A DNA stretch of 63,271 nucleotides, the filler included, from Octopus bimaculoides (taxonomy: Eukaryota), in NCBI RefSeq assembly GCF_001194135.2. It is 5 parts of 5 records of this genome, joined end to end, with 100 filler letters (N's around TTAATTAATTAA, not from the genome) between each part and the next. Parts side by side here need not be neighbours in the genome. Positions count along the whole stretch, not along the records: positions 31,800 to 53,883 come from NC_068991.1; positions 53,984 to 56,592 come from NW_026333430.1; positions 56,693 to 59,260 come from NC_068986.1; positions 59,361 to 63,271 come from NC_068987.1; 1 more part is not named here. The stretch is one strand, 5' to 3'. Positions within the stretch are counted from its first letter, which is position 1, and every line of letters starts with the position of its first letter. The position numbers and the translations under genes are program-made. Of this stretch, positions 53,364 through 63,271 are shown one piece after another. The notes beneath the pieces were generated by a model. It was not told where the DNA came from. It ran no database searches and saw only the letters and a list, made by a program, of their open reading frames with translations.

Positions 53364-53983
53364 CACACAAACACAGACGCGCGCACACATGCAGACATAC
53401 GTATGCACTAACGTACATACAAACACTTTAAAAAGTTTTCAACATTTTATAGTCTACGGGCGGAGAGACAATCATTTACAACGATTCATACATAGAAATC
53501 AACACTGCCATATTTATTATCATTATTATTATTAGTATTATTATTATCATTATTATTATTATTATTATTATTAGTTTGTTTTCTTAAATTTTGTTTCCTT
53601 TTCTTGCCGAATGATTATTATTATCATCATCATTATTATTATTATTATTATTGTTGTTGTTGTTGTTATTGTTATTATTATTATTATTTTTATTTTTACT
53701 ATTATATTCGTTATAATCATTATATAATTTTTTTTTTTCAAAGATCATTATTTATTTTTTTTATTTATATTCTATGCAATTTTTATTTCCATTCCTATCT
53801 GCTATTGTTGTTGTTATTCTTATTCATATATTCATGTTTTATCCTAATTCTTTTTTTTTTTTCTTCTCCTCTTTAATACGAATNNNNNNNNNNNNNNNNN
53901 NNNNNNNNNNNNNNNNNNNNNNNNNNNTTAATTAATTAANNNNNNNNNNNNNNNNNNNNNNNNNNNNNNNNNNNNNNNNNNNN

Positions 53984-54161
53984 AGGGTTAGGGTTTTAGA
54001 GTTAGGGTTGGGGTTAGGGTTAGGGTTATGAGTTATAGGGTCTTAGGGTTAAGGTTATGAGTGAGGTTATGGCAAAAATAATCATAACCCTAACCGTAAT
54101 CCTAAAACTAGCCCTAACTTTAAAACCCGAACCCTAAAACCCTAACCCTAAAGCTAAAACC
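53984..54161. repeat. Degenerate TTAGGG array head-to-head with CCCTAA array
   Basis: TTAGGG-like 53984-54072, short A-rich spacer, CCCTAA-like 54084-54161. Confidence 0.85.
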
Positions 54162-55837
54162 ATACAAACGCACGAACGATGTCATAGATAACAGTGACAA
54201 ACGAAATATATACCGCTGATAGTTGTTGTTGACAAAACAACGGCACTAATTTTATTCAAGGGAAAAGATCCCATGACACCGTTGTTTACATTCCACGGCG
54301 TAATTGTTTTCACCTCAACAGACGTTAGTGATTGGTTGAAATTACCGAAATACGACAATTTTTTTTACATGAAATAACTTCGAATACAAAATTTTTTATC
54401 TGTTCTATAATACAAAATATACAAGCATTCGAAGTTTGAAAGTGTTTCGGTACCAAAAACACTACATAAAACATAAATGAAAAATGCTGCCCGTCAAACC
54501 AAAAAGATCCGAAAAACAGAAGCGATGAAGAACAAGAGAGGGAGATAGATAGACAGAGAAGAGATAGTAGTAGCAGAGTGCGCATCGAAATTATTAAGAT
54601 AAAACGTACTTGGAAAAGGATGCGTAGCGTTCGATCATATAATAATATAGATAATATATAAGTATATGCATATATCCATACATATATGTACATAATTACA
54701 TCTATATGTATACATACATGCGTATATGGGTACAGGACATCAAAAAACCGTTAAACACAATGAGAAACGAAAACATAAAAACGAAAAGAGAAAACGAACT
54801 TTTTCGAACAACGAAAGAAACAAAACATATATATATATATATANNNNNNNNNNNNNNNNNNNNNNNNNNNNNNNNNNNNNNNNNNNNNNNNNNNNNNNNN
54901 NNNNNNNNNNNNNNNNNNNNNNNNNNNNNNNNNNNNNNNNNNNNNNNNNNNNNNNNNNNNNNNNNNNNNNNNNNNNNNNNNNNNNNNNNNNNNNNNNNNN
55001 NNNNNNNNNNNNNNNNNNNNNNNNNNNNNNNNNNNNNNNNNNNNNNNNNNNNNNNNNNNNNNNNNNNNNNNNNNNNNNNNNNNNNNNNNNNNNNNNNNNN
55101 NNNNNNNNNNNNNNNNNNNNNNNNNNNNNNNNNNNNNNNNNNNNNNNNNNNNNNNNNNNNNNNNNNNNNNNNNNNNNNNNNNNNNNNNNNNNNNNNNNNN
55201 NNNNNNNNNNNNNNNNNNNNNNNNNNNNNNNNNNNNNNNNNNNNNNNNNNNNNNNNNNNNNNNNNNNNNNNNNNNNNNNNNNNNNNNNNNNNNNNNNNNN
55301 NNNNNNNNNNNNNNNNNNNNNNNNNNNNNNNNNNNNNNNNNNNNNNNNNNNNNNNNNNNNNNNNNNNNNNNNNNNNNNNNNNNNNNNNNNNNNNNNNNNN
55401 NNNNNNNNNNNNNNNNNNNNNNNNNNNNNNNNNNNNNNNNNNNNNNNNNNNNNNNNNNNNNNNNNNNNNNNNNNNNNNNNNNNNNNNNNNNNNNNNNNNN
55501 NNNNNNNNNNNNNNNNNNNNNNNNNNNNNNNNNNNNNNNNNNNNNNNNNNNTATAACGCCTTGAGCTTGTGTGATTTATTGGCTTTAAGTGGAACAGGCA
55601 TACATACATAGATACACACATATCAATATATACACACATATACATAACCTAGATAACGGCAATGCAGTCTGCGCATATTAGTTGTAAACAACTTGCGCAT
55701 AAAATTGCTGTCAGTTAGATGTTATGCATACGGGACACTAGCAGGGATCTCAGGTCATCAGGAGAGAATGCACCCCGTTTTGAAGCTTTCCTCTCACTGG
55801 CATTATTGCACACTGGCTGCACTCATTGAGATAAGGC

Positions 55838-56145
55838 CAGGTGGAAATGCAAGTCTTCATACAAAATACGCCTTACCAATCGATTGCCGATGCCAAGTTC
55901 AATGGAATGTCTCTGAGCAGAGCGATTCAGATTCCTTATCAAAGCTTGTCTGACGCGTTCTACATTTTCCCGGGTGATGCCCCCACCAGTTTCCTATTCA
56001 TTAGTGTACCTCTTGTACGAAGTGCATTCATCCAACGTAAAATTGTGTTACGGTGGGAACAGCTTGATTTTGGTGAATGTTGAAGTGGCGCCAAAACTCA
56101 CGCTGAACTGCTGTGAGAGACTCGCTATAGCCATTTCGAAAACGT
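55838..56145 (-). pseudogene. IS630-Tc1-mariner transposase N-terminal HTH remnant
   Basis: SLTAVQREFWRHFNIHQNQAVPT-NTILRW...ENVERVRQAL...RSAQRHSIELGIGNRLVRRILYEDLHFH; two frameshifts. Confidence 0.75.
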
Positions 56146-56419
56146 CTATCCTCTCTGCACCACCTTGTATTATTACCTAGATATAAGTGATTCAAATTGA
56201 ACAATAAACCTGTTTTTCAAAAGGTTCTCGCCCTACTTTTCCTATTTAACTGCTTAAAGCACTTGATTTTATGATAAACGATACTCCAGAAACTCAGGTG
56301 CCTAATCATTCTACTTGAAAAATCTGAAGTAGTTTCTAGTATGTAAATAACTTTATTTAAACATAATTACAAGTTTTTCAAAATTCAGGTGCATTTTCAA
56401 CAACAAATTCTCATATACT

Positions 56420-56474
<55 letters not shown>

Positions 56475-56764
56475 GTTTCTTTATTAGCCACACAGGGCTC
56501 AACACAGAGGGGACAAAATACAAATGTAGAGTTTTTCTTTTCGAGGGGGTCGAAAACAAAGCAGAAAAAAAAACAAAAGTGGGGACAACGATNNNNNNNN
56601 NNNNNNNNNNNNNNNNNNNNNNNNNNNNNNNNNNNNTTAATTAATTAANNNNNNNNNNNNNNNNNNNNNNNNNNNNNNNNNNNNNNNNNNNNTCTCTCTC
56701 TCTCTCTATCTCTCTCACTCTCTCTCTCTCTCTCTCCCTATATATATATATATATATATATATA

Positions 56765-57106
56765 TTAAGTTCTTCAGTTCTATGTTTGAGAGATGAGGAA
56801 TTATTTACATTTTTTACATTTGACGGATATTTGTCCTCATCTTGTTTGTTGTTAACATAACATTTCAGCTGATATACCCTCCAGCCTTCATCAGGTGTCT
56901 TGGGGAAATTTCGAACTCGGGTTCTCATTCATAAGGTATTTTTCGATATTATCATTATTATTATTATTATTATTACTATTATTATTATTATTATTATTAT
57001 TTTTATCATTATTATCATTATTATTATTATTCAGGTCACTGCCTGGAATCGAACTCGGAATCTTGGCGTTAGTAGCCCGCGCTCTTGACCACTACGTCAT
57101 ATGCTC
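56765..57106 (-). mobile_element. tRNA-headed short element with internal (AAT)n and hammerhead-like motif
   Basis: Head gcatatgacgtagtggtcaagagcgcgggctact...gagttcgattccagg (A and B boxes) 57106-57031; (AAT)n; then ctgatga-aggctg...cagct-gaaa at 56894-56863. Confidence 0.6.
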
Positions 57107-57969
57107 GTATGGTATTCTTGACAAAATATATTCCATAGAAATTATTAAGGAAAACTTAATGATGAAGGCAACATTGGAACATAGAGCTAGAAACTGTAAT
57201 GCGAACAGCAGAGTCGTTATTTTGGTTTGTTTTCTACTTTAGCCTGGGTTTTTGTGGTGTGGGACTATGATGTTATTCGTTTGTATCAATTTCTTTCTAT
57301 TTATACTTTTTAGAATGGACATTATACGAAGCTATATGCCATTCATAATTTTGAAAAAGCACTACAAGAAGAAGTATATTGCTGGTTGTGAATAATTGTT
57401 TTTGACCTCTATCTATGGCAGTTTTTAAAGTTTTTCTTATATAGTTATAATAAAACTATTCGATATGGTTATAATAAAAGTTATTGATGCGTGAACTTAG
57501 GACTCTGTATTGTGCGTTATCAAACCATTTTTAAAATGTTAAGTATTGAGCTGTCATTTATATAAAAATATAAAGTTATGAGTGAATGTCCAACTATGTG
57601 TGTGTTCGTGTGTATGTTTATAAGTACATGCAAACATACATATGATTGGATAAAATCGTGTAGATACACGTCAATAAATCGTTACTGGAGTCTGGTGTCA
57701 CTTTACTTTGCATTCTATAAACGGTTTCAAAACATGTGAGCATTTTATAAGTTGTAGATGCATGTAGAAACAAGCTCCTATTATTTATTATTGACTAAAG
57801 AGACATTAGAGAACAATATCTCCTGCTCTCACTCCAGTTGTCCAGCCCTAGTCTTTCCGCTGTGGGCAAGGGTGGAATGGGGTCCAGAGCGTGCCCGTGC
57901 CTGCTTGTAGCAAAAGACACGGTGCCTGGTGATACCAAGTCATCGTCGATAACCAATAACGGCATTATT

Positions 57970-58185
57970 CTTTTTCTACTCTAGGCGCAAGGTCCAAAAT
58001 TTTTGGGGAGGGGACCAGTCGATTAGGTCAACCCCAGTACGCAAGTGGTACTTAATTTATCGACCCCGAAAGGATGGAAGGCAAAGTCGACCTCGGCGGA
58101 ATTTGAACTCAGAACGTAAAGACAGACGAAATACTGCTCTGCATTTCGCCTGTTGTGCTAACGTTTCTGCCAGTTCTCCGCCTTT
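57970..58185 (-). mobile_element. SINE family A, full length, with 17-bp TSD
   Basis: ccaataacggcattatt at 57953-57969 and 58186-58202. Confidence 0.9.
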
Positions 58186-58228
58186 CCAATAACGGCATTA
58201 TTATCGCACAAGAGAATATAACGGCATA

Positions 58229-58674
58229 CAGGTCGTCGTCGACTTACGACCACATTTGGTTCCGACTGACTGGTCGTAAGTCGGCCTATAAGCCTACATA
58301 GCTTTGTTTTATACTTTTACATTCTTAAGGTACATTCTGAGGTAAAAGTCACACACAGCATTCTGTATTATACTATTATACTGTTGTTAGTCAAAAATTT
58401 CAGAGTCCCAAGCAGTCGTCTTATAAACAAATACGAGATTGCCTCGATGTCTCCACGACAGGATAGTCATCCAACACAGTGGCGACCGATAACAAAACCT
58501 AGGGGAAGCGTTTGTGAGCTGACATCATTCCTAGATGGGTTAATTTCTAAGAAATTAAACCCATTAGATTTCAATTGGACTATTTATTATTGCTGCCGGG
58601 AGCTGGCGCGCCAATCGTTGAAAAGTCGATCGATCGGTCGTAAGTTGGATGGGTCGTAAGTCAACGACGACCTA
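58229..58674. mobile_element. Tc1/mariner (pogo/Tigger-like) MITE
   Basis: TIRs caggtcgtcgtcgacttacgacc / ggtcgtaagtcaacgacgaccta, TA both sides, subterminal ggtcgtaagt repeats. Confidence 0.88.
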
Positions 58675-61385
58675 TATATGAATTTTAAATGGCTATTTTG
58701 ACACTTTCTTTGCGTAAGTATTTCGATTTCAACGTATGATCTCAGGAGACGTATTAAATGCAAATGTTTACTAAACGCAAATATATATACATATATTTTA
58801 ATCCAGATAAAATATTTAGCAATGTGCATTCATTTGTTGTCAGGGGAAGAATGCAGTTCTGAAGTAGACGAGTATAAAAGCGAATAGAGGATGAGGAAGT
58901 GACAGTATAAGAAATAAAATGAACGTGAAGGGCTTATTTACTACGCTTTAGCGCAATAGGAAACAAGGACAAAGTATACGTGAGTGAGATTATCAAAATG
59001 TGAATGGATGAGGCTAAGAAGTGCCAAAAGGATCGAAACCAAAATAATTTTTGACAGAAAATACAAATGTAGATTAAGGCTAGGCAAACAAACATGTGTA
59101 TGTGTGTGTGTGAATGTACGTCTGCGTGCGTGTATGTGTGTATTTGTGTGTGTGCGTGTGTGTGTATGCATGTCTATATATTTCTATATAATAAAAATGT
59201 GATGTTTCAATTACGGTTTCTTCATATTTCCTTATAAGTTTTTTTTTTTCGTTTTGTTTGNNNNNNNNNNNNNNNNNNNNNNNNNNNNNNNNNNNNNNNN
59301 NNNNTTAATTAATTAANNNNNNNNNNNNNNNNNNNNNNNNNNNNNNNNNNNNNNNNNNNNTATATATATATGTATATATATATATATATGCATATGCCAC
59401 AGTTGTGCTTTTCCCTTAGATCTCACCTTTCACTGAGCGTGAAGCCTCGTGCACGTCCTCACGTCAATTGTCTTTCGTTTGTTTTTATTTGAATTGTTTG
59501 TTTATCTGAATGGGCTATATATATAATATAGCATATTTAGTGTAGTTTGTTTGATTTTTGAACAGATACGAAAGTATATTTTAGATATACAAGTGAAAAT
59601 GGACATCAATTGTACGAGTTACAATACTGTATTTCGAACTCCATTTTACTTCTCTTTTAACAATAGGCAACATTTAATATAAATTTGGCACTCTTACAAT
59701 CATATTCAGCGACAACATATAGATTGTTGCATTACTTCAAAAAATAACTTTCAGAATGTTTATCTAGTTAGGAATGCACAAAAGCTGATATATTTGTACA
59801 GAGACTCCTCTTGTGAGAACTTTGAAGAGAAAATACTTGTTTTCTGTTTACTCCACATATGTATATCTTACCATTATTCTCATATTTTAAATTATTCCTT
59901 TGCGTAATGATTTTATTTATAACTGCCTGGCATCTGGACATGAATTATACATGTTCATACAATGGTAATGCTTGCAGATTTAACTACAAATATGCACCTA
60001 AGATTTAACTAACAATGCAATTGAAGCCAGAGGAAAAATTTATGTAAAATCATAAATATATCAGTATATCTATGTAAAACAATATTGAACAGTTTTTGGT
60101 ATATTTCTCTAGTTAAGTTTAGAAAAAAAATCTTATGGTTATATTAAATGATAAGGGTCTTCTAAGTGCTGTATATTATGTGCATTGTACGACAGAATAT
60201 CAATGGCGCACTAAGATTTATTTATTCGTTATTTATGTAAACAAGCAAAAACGATAAGAGCAGCGTCAGTTTGGCATGCGGAGATTCGAAGAATGAAGAT
60301 ATTTTTCTTACGATTTGAATGCCATTGTGTATTTGACTTTATATTATTGAAACGGGTATATTTGCTTATTTGTCATTGAAACATAAGAGATTTGTATACA
60401 GCTGATTAGTAACATTTTATCAATCCATAACCAATGCGTGGGTTTCTGAGATATGTGTTCATCAATTGTACGTTACTTCAACTCTGACTCCTCCAGACAA
60501 TGATTTATGCAGCTTTCTTTATATAAATAGAAACACTAAATTTCATATATGAAACATATATTGATGTAGGCAAAGTTCAGATGTGAGCTAGTGTATATGA
60601 TTTTTTTTTTTTACTGTTTTAAAGAAAACTAAAATTTCGTTGAAATAATAAAAATGGAAACCCACCGAGACAAGAGCAAAAATTGAAAGAAAAATGATTA
60701 ATCTACTTCCGTATATTCATTCTTGGTTTCTGCCACGCTTTTGTAGACAATACTTTAAATTATTTTTGTTATTTTATCTCACCACCACTCCCATCTTCTT
60801 TAAACATTGCAGTATACAAACCATAACCCGTATAGAAATGTAATATCGATTACATTTCAAAGTTTTCGAAAAAAATATTTCTGTCTGGTTGGCGGAATTT
60901 TGAGCAAATCAGTATACATATATATTTCAGATCGAGGTGTTGTTGTGGTTGTTGCTGCTGCCTTTCTTGTCATCAATATTATTACTATTATTAATACTAT
61001 TTCTTTCAAAATCACGGCATTTCCATCATCATTTTAGATGGAATATTTTTTCTTTTAATATATATATNNNNNNNNNNNNNNNNNNNNNNNNNNNNNNNNN
61101 NNNNNNNNNNNNNNNNNNNNNNNNNNNNNNNNNNNNNNNNNNNNNNNNNNNNNNNNNNNNNNNNNNNNNNNNNNNNNNNNNNNNNNNNNNNNNNNNNNNN
61201 NNNNNNNNNNNNNNNNNNNNNNNNNNNNNNNNNNNNNNNNNNNNNNNNNNNNNNNNNNNNNNNNNNNNNNNNNNNNNNNNNNNNNNNNNNNNNNNNNNNN
61301 NNNNNNNNNNNNNNNNNNNNNNNNNNNNNNNNNNNNNNNNNNNNNNNNNNNNNNNNNNNNNNNNNNNNNNNNNNNNNNNNNNNNN

Positions 61386-61438
<53 letters not shown>

Positions 61439-62769
61439 CATATATATATACTCCTTTGTAAGGATTCATGTATGCAAGTATGCATATATGTAAATATGTA
61501 TACATATATGCATTTATGTGTGTGTGTGTGTATTCTAAAATATTTTGCTTGTGCGATTTTGTCAATGTGAAAGTGTCCTGCCTATATACATACCTATTTT
61601 TGTGTATATGTGTGCGTTTATACGTGTATGTGTATGGGGATATATATTTCTGTCTCTCTGACGATGACAGAAGCTTAATATATATTCTCAAAATCAACTC
61701 AGTATTAGCTGTACTTTTCTACAAATTTCTTCCTAAAAACTATATTTGAATAAAAGAATCAAGAAAATTCATAAAACTTGATATTCTTTATTTAGTTTAA
61801 AGTTCACATTATGCAGTGCACATCGTCGTCTTTCACTTAACATTATTTTCTTTTTTTCATATTTCCCGGAATAGCATCGAGAATAAAGAATTAGCTGTTT
61901 TACATATATCTATTTTTTAACATCTATAGGTATATTATAATAATAATGGATCCAACATAATTTTTTATTCTGCATTTTCCTCTTTTCCTTTTTCTAAACA
62001 AATAATATATATATGTATGTGTATGTATGTAGTATTTGGATTTTTCTCTTTGGGGAAATGGTTTGTATACTACTCTACTGTCATCATTACCACAACAACT
62101 ACAACTGCTATTACCACCGCTGCCATCAACACATTCAACATCAGCATCAACATCATCAGCGTCATTGTCCTCGTCATCATCATCATCTTTATTATCATCA
62201 ACAACATTGAAGACCTCACCAATATTATACATATTCACCTGAGTCCAACATTGTTTGACACTAAGTATTGGAAATCTATTTCAGTAGTCTATATTGCTAA
62301 AGACATATACATGTGAATGTAGTAGGTTCTTTCATACTTACACACACATAGGCATAATCACAGGCAAAGAGGTATATATAGGGTTATTGGGCTAAATTTG
62401 ACGATTCTTTATATCTTTTTATTTTATTTCAGGAACAATTTGATGTATTGGTGATCAGTCAACGGCGCTGGCGAGCATAAATATTAAAGTTGCAGTTGAG
62501 TAAAAGTTAGTTGACATGAGCGTGTGTGTGCTATATGAATATTGTTAATGTATTACATGTATCATAATAATTTTCGCCGAATATGAAAATTCCAATTTCA
62601 TAACTGCTCCTCAACGCTCTCAGAACACTGTGAAGGCTGTATGACGTGACACGTATCGCCGCAACGGAGACTACGAAGCAATCACCAACAGGAAAGAACA
62701 TAACCGGAATTCTTCCTGCGTTCGCAGGTTGGAGTTCATAGAACCACGAATGAAGAGGGCCTTAGATAG

Positions 62770-62960
62770 GTATGTGAAGCTGGTGAGGTCTGTGGTCAAA
62801 CCTTGGTTGCAGAGAGTTGCTGCTAGTATGTGCTCATATATGTGGGAGGAGCATTGATGTCTCTGCGACAAAGTGTCAGACATGTTGGAATAGTTTTCAG
62901 AGAATATCCATGACTTCATCAGCCCCGATTTCGATCATCGGATTACCCTGAGTATAATCC
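62770..62960 (+). pseudogene. Tc1/mariner transposase C-terminal remnant
   Basis: YVKLVRSVVKPWLQRVAA...FSENIHDFISPD...EYNPMDYYV*G, resembling the WQQD.AP.H...SPD.NPMDY.VWG region. Confidence 0.6.
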
Positions 62961-63271
62961 CATGGATTACTACGTGTAGGTTGAAACTTTAATATTTTCT
63001 AAAACACTTTCATTTTTGAAAGGGATATTATATGCCCTGATTTCTACTCATTTATGCAGACTGCCATATTGAGCCCGAACACGAGGAGTATGTACACATT
63101 CATGTACATGTACACACTCACGTACATAAATATATACATACGTAATTATATATAAATACACACACACATATATATATATATATATTTATATATACTCATA
63201 CACATATATATGCATATATATACATAAATATACACATGTATATATATATATATATATATATACATATATAT

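Noticed and set aside
44490-55645. ORFs of 180-395 aa in the track
   Set aside because: Length comes from N gaps read as X.
57031-57106. Possible tRNA gene (also 38483-38560 and 24778-24815)
   Set aside because: A/B boxes are present but there is no complete acceptor stem or poly-T terminator, and the sequence continues into a repeat body: SINE heads.
31744-59316. Identical TTAATTAATTAA islands inside N runs (31744-31755, 53928-53939, 56637-56648, 59305-59316)
   Set aside because: Identical 12-mer with stops in all six frames, always embedded in Ns: a scaffolding spacer, not biology.
62433-62480. Strong acceptor ttttatttcag followed by EQFDVLVISQRRWRA*
   Set aside because: One splice signal alone is not enough to call an exon.

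Overview
Eukaryotic, AT-rich, gap-riddled draft-genome window with no intact protein-coding gene that I can recognise. The SINE families, RTE tails and extreme (TA)n/(TG)n/(CAT)n/(GATA)n density resemble an Octopus (coleoid cephalopod) scaffold; this is an inference from recall, not a search. Bases 1-21.5 kb are a dense pile of decayed transposons: three R4/Dong-like RLE LINEs bounded by (TAA)n tracts, a mariner MITE, a Ty3/Gypsy element with both LTRs that is itself interrupted by a Helitron-like fragment, an I-group LINE, a Buster-type hAT with an intact 8-bp TSD, and a near-full-length RTE. The rest is microsatellites, SINEs and small TE relics (Penelope-like, Tc1/mariner, MITE). The most unusual items are: (1) a 1.28-kb TSD-flanked, RT-less retroposed element with one unrecognised ORF inserted in a SINE tRNA head, with a diverged second copy 7 kb away; (2) a tRNA-headed element carrying a hammerhead-like motif; (3) a left/right switch in CpG decay within one SINE family, suggesting a methylation-domain boundary near a promoter-like patch at 27.3 kb; (4) several fold-back hairpins and a head-to-head TTAGGG/CCCTAA array. 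Most ORF-track entries are microsatellite or N-gap artefacts.
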